A DNA stretch of 64,000 bases from a virus: the IMG/VR virus record IMGVR_UViG_3300045988_127492, positions 1 to 64,000 of that record; one strand, written 5' to 3'. Below the pieces are notes generated by a model. The model was given only the letters and a program-made list of their open reading frames with translations, was not told the DNA's origin and did no database searches. Below are positions 1 to 9,856 of the stretch, one piece after another; positions within the stretch are counted from its first letter, which is position 1, and every line of letters begins with the position of its first letter. A program made the position numbers and the translations under genes.

Positions 1-945
1 AAAGCTCCTGATGAGCAAAGCGTGCAGTTAGCACTTAGATACTTAGATAAACCTTTTTTCCAAGATCTTTATGATAAATCTATACTCGAAGCTGCCAATA
101 CAATGTCTGGTAAAGGGAAAAACAATACTTGGACCAGCTATATAAAAAATATATCTATGCCGCAATACAATACATTAACTTGGAAAGATGGTGATTGTGG
201 TAATAGCTCTGCTCTTCTACCTGCTATTGGTACAGTAGACAATTCTGATGAAGTCAAAAAGATGTACAAAACTAATAAGAGAACTGTTATTTCAGCTCTA
301 GGATATGATCCATTTGAATCTGCAGCTGATATAGACAAACCACTAATGTATGGAAAATTAGTTGGTTTCCTCGATGAGAGCACACAAGATGATGAGTTGA
401 AACTTGGTGCTTGTGTAGAAATTGTACATAGTCTTAATCAATCTGAAAAAATCAATACTGTAATTAACGCTCTACAGAAAACTCCTGAATCTATTATTAA
501 AAATTCTGCTACTATTAAAGCTCTTGAGGCCACTAAGAAAGATATTATGAAAACTACACTTGATCTGGCCCGTGATAACGGAATCAGTATCAAACATAGT
601 AATCATAATACTAAAGGTGCTAATACTTGGACCGGAAAAGTAAAAGAGCTAAAAGAAATGAAGCTACGTGAACAGGAAGTAAATGCTTTTGATATAGGAA
701 CTTCTCAAGGTATGCTGCAAGTTGCAGAAGCCAGTACTGCTGCCATCATGAAACAGTTGGCATTAGATGAGAATGACTATACTGAAATGATAGCTACTCA
801 GCGTCAGAGACTGGTGGAATTAGAGAATAAATGTGATGCTGCTGTTGAAGAAGCTCGTATTCTTCGCAGAGAAAATGATGATCTAAAAGATTTTCTCAGG
901 AAGAAAAAACTGATTGATCAAAATGATGAGGTGATTTTGGAATGA
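1..945 (+). CDS. Hypothetical protein, 5' end outside window (small-terminase position)
   Basis: Frame 1 is open from nt 1 (KAPDEQS precedes the GTG at 22). It stops at TGA 943-945, overlapping the terL ATG (ATGA coupling). The C-terminus is charged and heptad-like. Function is inferred from position only. Confidence 0.45.
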   Translation, partial: KAPDEQSVQLALRYLDKPFFQDLYDKSILEAANTMSGKGKNNTWTSYIKNISMPQYNTLTWKDGDCGNSSALLPAIGTVDNSDEVKKMYKTNKRTVISALGYDPFESAADIDKPLMYGKLVGFLDESTQDDELKLGACVEIVHSLNQSEKINTVINALQKTPESIIKNSATIKALEATKKDIMKTTLDLARDNGISIKHSNHNTKGANTWTGKVKELKEMKLREQEVNAFDIGTSQGMLQVAEASTAAIMKQLALDENDYTEMIATQRQRLVELENKCDAAVEEARILRRENDDLKDFLRKKKLIDQNDEVILE

Positions 946-1493
946 AACAGACAGAATCTGGTATCTGGGTTCCTGATACACCTACTATTTTCGTTAAACC
1001 TACAGAAGAAATCATTTCTCAGCGTAAATTGGAAGGAATGCAAAAGCTTGCCGAGATTAGACAATGGGGACTCCGGAACCCAACTAAATTTATGGAGCGC
1101 TTCATTGGTGTTGATCTTTTAGATGTTCAGAATTATACATTTATGAATTCTTGGGACAAAATGTATGCTTTATGGCTATGCACGAGAAATTACGGCAAGT
1201 CCACCATCTTGGCTTTGTATTATATGACAAGAGGAATGCTACTTAATAACTGTAGATGCTACATATGTGCCGGTACCAGTGATCAGTCTATAGAAACATT
1301 TGAAAAGATTGTATCTATAGCTAAAAATGAAATTGAGTCATTCACTGGTTTGACAGATGTATTTAGAAATGAAGTTGTTATTAATATGACCAATAATGAT
1401 GGTTTTATAAGAAATCCTGCAGGTTTCACTTATAGATTATATAATGGTAGCTTCGTTAAAACACTTAACAGTAACGTCAACGCAAAAAGAGGT
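942..1493 (+). CDS. terL: Terminase large subunit, exon 1 (ATPase N-terminal part)
   Basis: Walker A-like CTRNYGKST. The frame hits a stop 10 codons after the predicted 5' splice site (NAKRG|KKYNTVLYK*). The missing Walker B and nuclease part is found at 2763. Confidence 0.8.
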
Positions 1494-2762
1494 AAAAAAT
1501 ACAATACGGTTTTATATAAATAAATCTTAGGAGGAACGTATAATGCCAAACAAAAACTGGGACACTGCTGAAGTGTCTTTTTTAATTGCAAATTATAATA
1601 CACTTTCAAATGAAGAAATAGGTATTTACTTAAACAGAAGTACAGGTGCCATAACAGCTAAATGCTGCCAACTTGGATTAAAAAAGAAACAGACCTGGTC
1701 AGACAGCGAAATTTCTTATTTAAAAAGTAATTATAATTTTCTTACGCAAGAACAAATAGCTAATTACTTAGGACGCACTAAAAGTGCTGTAAATATAAAG
1801 GCTAGTAAATTAGGATTAAAAAAAAGATATGAATATAACCATGATTATTTTGAATGTATAGATTCTGAAGATAAAGCTTATTGGTTAGGTTTTATTTGGG
1901 CTGATGGGGCTTTATTTAAAAATGAAAAAGCTAACTCAGGAGAACTGTCTATTGAATTGCAATTACAAGATAAAGAACATTTAAAAAAATTCAATAAAAG
2001 TATAGACGGAAATTTACAAGTAAAAGAGAGAACACGATCAAATTGTTTCAGTGGGAAATACAAAGATAATGTATATACTACTTGTTTTATTCGTGTACAT
2101 AGCATCAAGATCGTCAATGACTTAATTAAATTAGGATGTACTCCAAATAAATCAGCAACTATTGGATTACCAGATTTGCCTGAAAATTTAATGTGGCATT
2201 TCATTAGAGGCTACTTCGATGGTGACGGCTGTGTAGTTTATCAAGATCACAAAACCAATGTAAGATGTGACTTCACTTCTATCTCTTCTTCTTTAGTCAA
2301 CCAACTCAGAACATGGTTATACCAACATGGAATCAATTCATATATTACACATGATAAAAATAAATTAAGATTGTGCATCGCTGGCAGAGACTATAATCTT
2401 CTATTCTTATCTAAAATCTATGACAATTCTACAATCTATTTATCTAGGAAATATCAAAAACAACTTCAAATCAGAAATCATATCACTCAACAAAAATCAG
2501 CTTAATTGCCTCGTTTATTGGTAACAATAAATTACGAAAGTCAAATGGGAAAGAAAACTGGAAGTGCTGAAATGCGAACCAGACTGGAAGGCTGTATTTA
2601 AAAGTACAGTCACAGGCAGAGCATAGAGAATGAACCTGTGAAAACAGAATATAATTTCTCCAAGAGTCCCCATCTCCTTACTAAGGATGAAAAGGTATGC
2701 CGAACTTATAAGAAATACAATTATAAGAATTAGAAGATAAAAAGCTTCTAAGATAACATATG
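1494..2762 (+). mobile_element. Group I-like intron in terL carrying a LAGLIDADG endonuclease gene
   Basis: Exon 1 ends in U (GGT 1491-1493) and nt 2762 is G. A stop at 2754-2756 confines the 3' splice site to 2757-2766. Ligation gives in-frame NAKRG|KRAEAVCFDESG. Candidate guide GCCTC 2508-2512 pairs with exon GAGGT 1489-1493 (U.G at the splice site). A 257-nt noncoding tail follows the ORF. Core elements are less obvious than in the other introns. Confidence 0.7.
1543..2505 (+). CDS. LAGLIDADG homing endonuclease (double motif) with two N-terminal Myb/SANT-like HTH repeats
   Basis: Motifs YWLGFIWADGAL and FIRGYFDGDGCV. Tandem about 45-aa repeats W(D/S)..E(V/I)S(F/Y)L..NYN.L..E(E/Q)I..YL.R(S/T)..A...K...LGLKK. 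RBS AGGAGG 8 nt upstream of the ATG. The frame differs from terL. Confidence 0.85.
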   Translation: MPNKNWDTAEVSFLIANYNTLSNEEIGIYLNRSTGAITAKCCQLGLKKKQTWSDSEISYLKSNYNFLTQEQIANYLGRTKSAVNIKASKLGLKKRYEYNHDYFECIDSEDKAYWLGFIWADGALFKNEKANSGELSIELQLQDKEHLKKFNKSIDGNLQVKERTRSNCFSGKYKDNVYTTCFIRVHSIKIVNDLIKLGCTPNKSATIGLPDLPENLMWHFIRGYFDGDGCVVYQDHKTNVRCDFTSISSSLVNQLRTWLYQHGINSYITHDKNKLRLCIAGRDYNLLFLSKIYDNSTIYLSRKYQKQLQIRNHITQQKSA

Positions 2763-4217
2763 AAAAGAGCTGAAGCAGTTTGTTTTGATGAATCTGGTTT
2801 CCTGGATGAAGAAGTATTTCAGGTTATTGAACCATATACAGCTCAGGATAAGAACTTTAAAATGGGTGGAAATATAAATGTTACTACTCTGCCTAAAGAA
2901 TTACCTAATCAATTACTCTATACATCAAGTGCCAGCACTACTGATTCATATTTTTATAAAAAGTACAAAGAATACAGTAAAGCTATGATTTGGGGCTCTA
3001 AAGATCATTTTGTAGCAGATATAAATTGTGAAGTTATGTTTAATGCTACATATAGAGGTAAAATTTATCCAGCCTCATTGTTGACTAAAGAAAAAGTTGA
3101 CAATGCGATGCGTGAGAATAAAGAAAAAGCTCTCCGTGAGTATTACAATATATTCACATCTGATGGTGGCGCTGACGCTATCTTCAAACGTTCTATGATT
3201 GTTAAAAACTCTTCTATTCGTCCCCCAATTATGTTTAATGATACAAAAGATAGATTATTTGCTCTGGCTTATGACCCTGCCAGATCAATGGATAACTCTT
3301 TTGTTTTAGTTGGTGAATACTACAAAGATTCTTCAGACAACTGGCGAATGCGTATAGCAAATGGTATCAACTTTATGGACCTTAGTAAAAAAGATAAGAC
3401 TCCTATGCGTACACCAGAACAGGTCAAAAAATTGAAACAACTGATTCTTGACTATAACGGTGATGGAGTTGATGACTATACAAACATAAGTAATATCTTT
3501 ATAGATGCTGGTTCTGGTGGTGCTGGTGTTAATATTGCAGATTATCTTATGGAAGATTGGTACGAAGATGGTCATGAAGGAGATCCTAAATATTTACATA
3601 GAGGGCTTATAGATAGAGAACAGTCTGCAGATTATGTAAAGAAGTTTCCTAATGCCGTAGATAAAATCAGACTACTACCCCCTGCCATGTATAAGTCTAT
3701 TATCTATGAAGCAGCAATTGAAATGATGCGATTAGATTTAATAGATTTTACTGCTGAATATGACAATAAGGGGTATCTGACTATGATTGACATAGATGAA
3801 AAAGAAATGGAAAAAGCAAAGAAGGAACTACTTTCTCAGTATAAAGATAAATCTATGTCTAAGGCAGAATTGGAACGTTTAGTTGAAGAAGAGCTTCAGG
3901 AAAGGAATCTTGCTTCAACTAAAATTTATAAATTATCTCCTGATGAGGAACTCGGTCTTGTGCAGATAGATAGTTTAAAAGAGGAACTTGTGAATATGGT
4001 TAGAAAGAAAAGAGAGTCTGGAAAAGATGGCTTTGAGCTGTCTACAGAAAAAGCCAATAAATTACATGATGATAGAGCCTACTGCTTCGCTCTATTAGCA
4101 TTCGGCCTCTCAGAACTTCGTAGAGAACATATCAAAAATAAAAAACGACCTAAAAAAGAAAATATAGCTGCTGCTATGCCAATCCGTAAAGGTATAGTAA
4201 GAAAAATGTTTAGTTAG
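2763..4217 (+). CDS. terL: Terminase large subunit, exon 2 (Walker B plus nuclease domain)
   Basis: Begins KRAEAVCFDESGFLDEE (Walker B hhhhDE). No credible RBS at ATG 2760 and a stop codon lies just upstream, so it is not an independent gene. Spliced product is 668 aa. Confidence 0.8.
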   Translation, partial: KRAEAVCFDESGFLDEEVFQVIEPYTAQDKNFKMGGNINVTTLPKELPNQLLYTSSASTTDSYFYKKYKEYSKAMIWGSKDHFVADINCEVMFNATYRGKIYPASLLTKEKVDNAMRENKEKALREYYNIFTSDGGADAIFKRSMIVKNSSIRPPIMFNDTKDRLFALAYDPARSMDNSFVLVGEYYKDSSDNWRMRIANGINFMDLSKKDKTPMRTPEQVKKLKQLILDYNGDGVDDYTNISNIFIDAGSGGAGVNIADYLMEDWYEDGHEGDPKYLHRGLIDREQSADYVKKFPNAVDKIRLLPPAMYKSIIYEAAIEMMRLDLIDFTAEYDNKGYLTMIDIDEKEMEKAKKELLSQYKDKSMSKAELERLVEEELQERNLASTKIYKLSPDEELGLVQIDSLKEELVNMVRKKRESGKDGFELSTEKANKLHDDRAYCFALLAFGLSELRREHIKNKKRPKKENIAAAMPIRKGIVRKMFS

Positions 4218-4228
4218 GAGGTGGGACA

Positions 4229-5773
4229 TTGGCTATTAAAGAGGGAAAAACAACTCAAGAGATAAAAAATTATGCTCTTAAGCAACAGGCATTACAAGAA
4301 AAATTTGCTCAAGTGAAACAGGCTGTGCAGCTTATTGACTTAACAAAAACAGAAACAAGAACATTTACTGTATTTAGTAAAGATAAACTGCGTCAGTATA
4401 TGCAGAACCCTAAGACCAATGAATCTAACCTTCGTAATTTGAGTAGATTCTTATATAGGGTTTCTCATAACTATAGAAGGCTTATCTCCTATCAGGCAGA
4501 AATGGTAGATTTAACAGCTCTCAATGTTATTCCTCAGATTGATTTTACTGAGGATACACATGATGATGAAAAAATAAAGACAAGCTATTTCAATACTTTA
4601 GTACAGCTTGATAAGATGAACATGCAGTCAGAAATTCTAAAGTGTCTATTGATTGCATGGCGTGAAGATACATTTTATGGTTATACATATGAAGATGACT
4701 CTGGTTTCTTCATTTATCCTCTTGACGGAGATTACTGTAAAGTATCTTCTGTCAACTATGATGGCACTCTTAATTGTGCTTTTGATTTTAGTTATTTCAG
4801 AAGTCATACTGCCGACTTAGAATACTGGGACTCTGAATTCAATTCTAAATATAATTCTTTCCAAAATGATAACACTCTTCGTTGGCAAGAGCTGGATCCA
4901 GAAAGAACTTTTGTAATAAAAGTTAATATTGATGATCCAACACTTAACATGCCACCTCTTTCTGGTTTGTTCGAACCACTTATAGATCTTATTGATCTCC
5001 AAAGTATTCAGTCGGTAAAAGATGACCTATCAATCTATAAACTTCTGGTTGCAAGATTGGAAACACTTACTAATTCTGATGAGCCAGATGATTTCTCAGT
5101 AGATATTGATACAGCTATTGAATATTACAATAGACTGGTCGAATCTCTCCCAGACTGCGTATCTGCAGCTATTTCTCCTCTTAAAATTGAGCCTATAGAG
5201 TTCCAAGGTGATCAAACTCAGGATGTTAACAGAATTGCTACCGCCACTTCGAATCTATTTAAAAATTCTGGTGGTGCACAGATTCTTGATAACGATAAAA
5301 TCTCAGGTACAACTGCTTTTACTGCTGCTATCCTTTGCGACACAATGATGGCTATTAAAACTGTTCTTCCACAAATAGAAGAACGAGTTAACAGATATCT
5401 TACTTTTGCTATTGGAGATGACCATGCCAAAGTAAAATATTTTGAAGTATCACCTTATACAAAGGCTTCTAAAAAGGAAGAACTTATGAAATCTGGAGAT
5501 CGAGGGGTGCCAGTAAAATTAGCAGTTGCTGCTCTTGATGGTATCTCACCTCTTGATGCTCTTTCTATGGATTATTTGGAAAATACTATTCTAAGACTTC
5601 ATGAAACTTGGATCCCTTTCAGTACTTCTTATACTCAAAGTGGTTCTGCTTCACAGCAAGTAATTGATGGTGAAACAGATGCCACAAAAGGCGGAAGGCC
5701 CCAATCTGATAACCTTACGGATGAAGGTGAAAAAAGTAGAGAATCAGAGAAATCCAGTGAACAGGAGGGATGA
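4229..5773 (+). CDS. Portal protein (by position and size)
   Basis: 514-aa ORF directly after terL. TTG start follows AGGAGGTGGG. Acidic Ser/Glu-rich C-terminus. There is no motif-level proof. Confidence 0.6.
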   Translation: MAIKEGKTTQEIKNYALKQQALQEKFAQVKQAVQLIDLTKTETRTFTVFSKDKLRQYMQNPKTNESNLRNLSRFLYRVSHNYRRLISYQAEMVDLTALNVIPQIDFTEDTHDDEKIKTSYFNTLVQLDKMNMQSEILKCLLIAWREDTFYGYTYEDDSGFFIYPLDGDYCKVSSVNYDGTLNCAFDFSYFRSHTADLEYWDSEFNSKYNSFQNDNTLRWQELDPERTFVIKVNIDDPTLNMPPLSGLFEPLIDLIDLQSIQSVKDDLSIYKLLVARLETLTNSDEPDDFSVDIDTAIEYYNRLVESLPDCVSAAISPLKIEPIEFQGDQTQDVNRIATATSNLFKNSGGAQILDNDKISGTTAFTAAILCDTMMAIKTVLPQIEERVNRYLTFAIGDDHAKVKYFEVSPYTKASKKEELMKSGDRGVPVKLAVAALDGISPLDALSMDYLENTILRLHETWIPFSTSYTQSGSASQQVIDGETDATKGGRPQSDNLTDEGEKSRESEKSSEQEG

Positions 5774-5776
5774 TAG

Positions 5777-5962
5777 GTGAATAAACACTTTATACGAACT
5801 GCCGACCTGGAAACTGCAGATATTTTAAAGTCTATCGGATTTCCTCAGGTTGGATATAACAAAGGTATCTATACATTTGCAAATTGTCCATTTCTTTCTT
5901 TTGCAAATGTAAACATAGATATAAACAAGCTAACTTATACCGATATTTATTGCGCAAGTTAG
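5777..5962 (+). CDS. Small hypothetical protein (61 aa)
   Basis: GTG start after AGGAGGGA. Its pattern (ADLETADILKSIGF...IYTF) weakly resembles the small ORFs at 15505 and 44214. Confidence 0.35.
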   Translation: MNKHFIRTADLETADILKSIGFPQVGYNKGIYTFANCPFLSFANVNIDINKLTYTDIYCAS

Positions 5963-6010
5963 TACTCCTCTTCTATGAGGATGAAAATACATAATAGAAA
6001 GGAGGCTAGC

Positions 6011-7609
6011 ATGAAAAAGAAAGTACTTACATTAGATGATCTTTATTCTTTTTTTGAACAAAGGAATCAGACAACTGTATTCAGTGCTAAAGAATCTGGG
6101 TATAATATTGCAGTTCAGGTTCCGGCAAAATTTGAATTAGAAGATTCTGATGAAGATGATGGTTTTTTACGAACTAAATTCAAAGTAAATCATTTGTATG
6201 AGAATAGAAATAAATCTTACATATCTGAAGAAGCTCAGTTAGAAGCTTTACCGTCTTTGCATTATAGGCCAGTTCTAGCCGCAATTACCACTTTATCCGA
6301 TGGAACTACTGATTTTACTTCCCATGCTATGGAATTTGACGATGAAGGAAACATTACATACATTGAGCAACCTATTGGTGTTTTTGTCAATCCTGAAGGA
6401 TATCATCTTGAGTATGATAAAGATCATGATAAAACATATGTTATTGCCGATGCGGTAATTTATAACGATTATTGTGCTCCAGCATGTGAAATTATTCAGC
6501 GTAAACAAGGAAGTAAAGTAAGTTGTGAATTAAGTATTTCAGAACTCTCTTTTGACACTAAGGATAAAGTGCTTCACTTAGATAAATTCAGATATAATGG
6601 TGTAACTTGTTTAGGCACTGATCCTATCACCGAGAAACCCGTTGAAGAAGGTATGGAGGGTGCCAGATTAGATATTGCTGATTTCAGTGAAGAGAATAAT
6701 AGTCTTTTTACTAATACAGAAGAAAAATTACTAAAGGTTATTCAGTCTTTGCAGGAGACTCTTGCTAAGTTTGAAATTGAAGAACCAACGAAAGGAGGAA
6801 ACCAAACGTTGAAACTCAATGAATTATTAGAGAAATACTCTAAAACTGTTGAAGACCTTGACTTTGATTATGAGTCTATGTCCGATGAAGAGTTAGAGGC
6901 TAAGTTTGCTGAATTATTCGAAGAAACTGAGGATTCAGAAGAACCTACAGAAGATCCAGCTGCCGATCCTGAACCGGAAGCTGACCCAGAACCAGAAGAT
7001 AATTCAGAATTTAGTAATAAAAAGAAATACACCAAGAAAGAGAATGGTAATACTGAAGTTACTTTTGAAATTAGTCATGAAGATGTAAGAAGTGCATTAT
7101 ATACTCTTCTGTCTACTTTGGAAGAAAATGATGACGAATGGTATTTTATTAATGCAACATATGATGATTATTTTGTATACAGCAACTGGGATGAAAGTAA
7201 AATCTTCCGTCAGGGCTATACAAAAGATGGTGATGCAGTATCTCTCTCAGATGAAAGAACAGAATTATTTAAAGAGTATCTTACACTTTCAGAAAAAAGT
7301 GAAATAGAAGAACTCAGAAGTAACTATGCTGCTCTTCAGAATAGAGTTAATGAGTACGAATCAAAAGATAAAGAAGCTGTTCTTGGTGCTGAAATTTACA
7401 CTGAATTAAAAGATAGAGAAGATTTTAAAGATCTGATTAAAAATCAGGCTATCTACAGTGTTGACGAGGTACAGACAAAAGCTGATGCTATTTTAGGTAA
7501 ATATGTTAAAGAAAAAGGCACTTTCAACTATCAGCAGAAACCGAGTGCTATTGGTTTTACTGAACCTAAGAGAGCAAAGAAACCATATGGAAGTTTATTC
7601 AAAGATTGA
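6011..7609 (+). CDS. Scaffold-like / prohead-processing protein (acidic, coiled-coil)
   Basis: ATG 6011 after AAAGGAGG; 532 aa. Low-complexity acidic tract EEPTEDPAADPEPEADPEPED and a charged helical C-terminal half. It lies between the portal and capsid genes. Confidence 0.45.
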   Translation: MKKKVLTLDDLYSFFEQRNQTTVFSAKESGYNIAVQVPAKFELEDSDEDDGFLRTKFKVNHLYENRNKSYISEEAQLEALPSLHYRPVLAAITTLSDGTTDFTSHAMEFDDEGNITYIEQPIGVFVNPEGYHLEYDKDHDKTYVIADAVIYNDYCAPACEIIQRKQGSKVSCELSISELSFDTKDKVLHLDKFRYNGVTCLGTDPITEKPVEEGMEGARLDIADFSEENNSLFTNTEEKLLKVIQSLQETLAKFEIEEPTKGGNQTLKLNELLEKYSKTVEDLDFDYESMSDEELEAKFAELFEETEDSEEPTEDPAADPEPEADPEPEDNSEFSNKKKYTKKENGNTEVTFEISHEDVRSALYTLLSTLEENDDEWYFINATYDDYFVYSNWDESKIFRQGYTKDGDAVSLSDERTELFKEYLTLSEKSEIEELRSNYAALQNRVNEYESKDKEAVLGAEIYTELKDREDFKDLIKNQAIYSVDEVQTKADAILGKYVKEKGTFNYQQKPSAIGFTEPKRAKKPYGSLFKD

Positions 7610-7631
7610 GCTATCAAATAGCTCTTTTTTA
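7608..7631 (+). terminator. Rho-independent terminator
   Basis: GAGCTAT-CAA-ATAGCTC hairpin followed by TTTTTT. Confidence 0.6.
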
Positions 7632-7663
7632 TTGCCTAAAAATATTTAAAGGAGGAAATAAAA

Positions 7664-8137
7664 ATGGCATCAAATTTTCAGAAATTTATGAGTTCTGCTG
7701 CAAAACATGCTGTTGCTGGTAGCTCTAAGCTGAAAGCCACTACTGCAGGACATATTTATAACATTCAGATTGAAGAAGACCTGGACAATGGATCAATTGT
7801 TGCAAAAGGTGCGTATGTAAAACCGGAAACATATAAAGCTAAAGAGTCTACTGGTTTTAAGGGTAAAGTGCTTGATAAAGCTGCTAATGGCAACTGGTAC
7901 GTAGAGGTTGAGGAACCAGGAGATGCTCTGTTAGTACTTCAGGTACCAATGTTATATGAAGAGTACACTACTGCTCTTAAACATGAAAGTAATTTCTATA
8001 ACGCAAGCGGTGACATCGTTCGTGCATATGAACTGTACGTAGGTGATGTATTTGAAGTATCAGCTGAGGGCATTTCAGGTGTTATTGCTAAAGATGCAAC
8101 TGTAACTGTAACAAGCAAAAAGCTGACTATCGGTTAA
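7664..8137 (+). CDS. Hypothetical head-module protein (157 aa)
   Basis: Strong RBS AAAGGAGGAAA. Sits immediately upstream of the capsid gene; a decoration or auxiliary head protein is possible. Confidence 0.5.
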   Translation: MASNFQKFMSSAAKHAVAGSSKLKATTAGHIYNIQIEEDLDNGSIVAKGAYVKPETYKAKESTGFKGKVLDKAANGNWYVEVEEPGDALLVLQVPMLYEEYTTALKHESNFYNASGDIVRAYELYVGDVFEVSAEGISGVIAKDATVTVTSKKLTIG

Positions 8138-8155
8138 TGAAAGGAGGAATACATA

Positions 8156-8616
8156 ATGAAACTTAATTTTTCTAGTAATGAAGTAAGAAATATTTTTGCT
8201 GAAAATGATTATGCAGAGTACTCCCAGCTTATGTTTGATACAGCTATGGGAGAAGAAAAAGTATCTACAAAAGATGCTAATGAAAAAATCCGAGAGATTA
8301 TGTTCTCTGTACTGGGCGTAGATGAAAACTGCTCAAGAAAAGAACTTAGAAAAGCTATTCGTAGACATAAAATTGATGTATTTGAAGTTATTGAGGAAAC
8401 AGTAGAGAATCTGCTTGTTTCTGGTTGGGGAGAAAACCCGTTCTTCAATGAATTTGTAGAAATTAAATCTATGGCTGACGGTGATACTAATGAGTTCTAT
8501 GTACCAGATGAAGTCATTCTGACAGTGTCTGAGCTTTCCGGTAACCATCATGATATTATTAGGCAGCGTCTGGCAGAAGGACAGACATTCTCTGTTAGAA
8601 CATCATGGTATGGGAT
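8156..8616 (+). CDS. Major capsid protein, exon 1
   Basis: RBS GAAAGGAGGAA. Ends ...SVRTSWYG(I), with a stop 3 codons past the splice site. Spliced length is 359 aa. Confidence 0.75.
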
Positions 8617-9856
8617 TAACTTTTAGTCCCCAAGTACTGTAAAGTGCTTTGCACAAACTAACGCATTGAATTGCTGGAATTTCTTAAAGCTAATTACACT
8701 ACAACGTAAGTATGAAATAAAACTAAGCGTGAATGTTATGAAAATAGAAAGAAGTAATTAGATGATACAAGGTTAAATCCTAAATATCAAGAGCACTCAA
8801 CACCTATAACAGGTGTTTTTATTATGCTTAAAATAGAGAATCAGCAGCCAAGTCCCGAATAGGGAAAGGTTCAACGACTATCTGGAAACAGAGTAGAACT
8901 ACAAGCGATTGGTAGTTCGAAGTGGTGCGCACCCTCAATTAGGGTGAAGATATAGTCTAATCTTTAGTGAAAGCTAAAGGGCTTTTAGCCAACACAGAGT
9001 AGCGTCTGAATTAATATCATTTTTCAAAATAATTATATAAGGAAGTATACATGCAAGAAAAACTATGTGGCATTTATTGTATAGAAAATATACTCAACAA
9101 TAAAAAATATATTGGTATGTCAAGAGATATAAAACGTAGATGGTCTGAGCATAAAACAGAATTAAACTCTCATACTCATGTCAATCAGTATTTACAAGCT
9201 GCCTGGGATAAGTACGGCAAAGAAAATTTTAAGTTTTATGTTATTGAACTATGTGATGAAGAGGATCTCAGTGAACAGGAATGTCATTATATACGTTTTT
9301 ATAGATCATTATCGCATGAAAATGGATATAATCTGACCACTGGCGGAGAAAATACTTCTATCGGCAAATCAGTAATATCATTAAAAGATGGGGCTATCTA
9401 CAATTATGTAAACGATGCAGCTCAAAATGCCAATGTTCAGTCAGTAACTATGATTTCATGGTGTCGTCAAAAACATAACTATATGTATTTAGATGAGTAT
9501 AACGCTCTTTCGCAAGATGAGAAAGAATATTGGAAAAACTTTGATTGGAAAGAATTTGATCATAAAAAATTAAGTCAAGTACATTCTCGAGAAAATCTCT
9601 CAGCAACTACCCTTAAGAAACTAAGTCAAGCAACATCTGGAGATAAAAATCCAAGAGCGCTTAAAGTGTATTGTCCACAATTAAATGAAACATTTGATTG
9701 TATAAAATATGCATCAGATAAGTATGGAGTTAATAGAGGAAGTATAACTTCTTGTATTAAAGGCAGACTTAAAAGTGCCGGTAAACATCCCGTTACCGGA
9801 GAAAAACTAACATGGGAACTAATTGAAAAATGATATTAAAGTGTTAAATATAAATG
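8617..9856 (+). mobile_element. Group I intron in the major capsid gene, with a GIY-YIG endonuclease gene
   Basis: P1: exon GGGAT 8612-8616 pairs with GTCCC 8626-8630 (U.G). P10: TTTTA 8621-8625 pairs with exon 2 TAAAA 9857-9861. Omega-G is at 9856. P-like GAATTGCTGGAAT 8668-8680, Q-like AATCAGCAGCC 8839-8849, R GGTTCAACGACTAT 8868-8881, S GAAGATATAGTCT 8946-8958. Ligation gives in-frame SWYGIKIYAEYELFMAGRIDW. Confidence 0.85.
9051..9833 (+). CDS. GIY-YIG homing endonuclease (I-TevI-like architecture)
   Basis: GIYCIEN...KKYIGMS...RRWSEHK N-terminal GIY-YIG module. C-terminal NUMOD-like DNA-binding repeats (e.g. KVYCPQLNETFDCIKYASDKYGVNRGSITSCIKG). Lies after the S element, in the 3' part of the intron. 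Confidence 0.85.
   Translation: MQEKLCGIYCIENILNNKKYIGMSRDIKRRWSEHKTELNSHTHVNQYLQAAWDKYGKENFKFYVIELCDEEDLSEQECHYIRFYRSLSHENGYNLTTGGENTSIGKSVISLKDGAIYNYVNDAAQNANVQSVTMISWCRQKHNYMYLDEYNALSQDEKEYWKNFDWKEFDHKKLSQVHSRENLSATTLKKLSQATSGDKNPRALKVYCPQLNETFDCIKYASDKYGVNRGSITSCIKGRLKSAGKHPVTGEKLTWELIEK

Noticed and set aside
1543-2505. Whether the LAGLIDADG ORFs in terL and nrdJ are inteins rather than intron ORFs
   Set aside because: They are not in frame with the host exons. They have their own RBS, ATG and stop, and are flanked by noncoding RNA with stops in the host frame. Intron-encoded endonucleases fit these facts better.
6906-7307. Two 60-71-aa off-frame plus-strand ORFs inside the scaffold-like gene (and similar ones at 24747, 25302, 25635, 28596 and 37209-37652 inside TMP/Tal)
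   Set aside because: They are alternative-frame ORFs inside long genes. They have no RBS and low-complexity Leu/Lys/Ile-rich translations.
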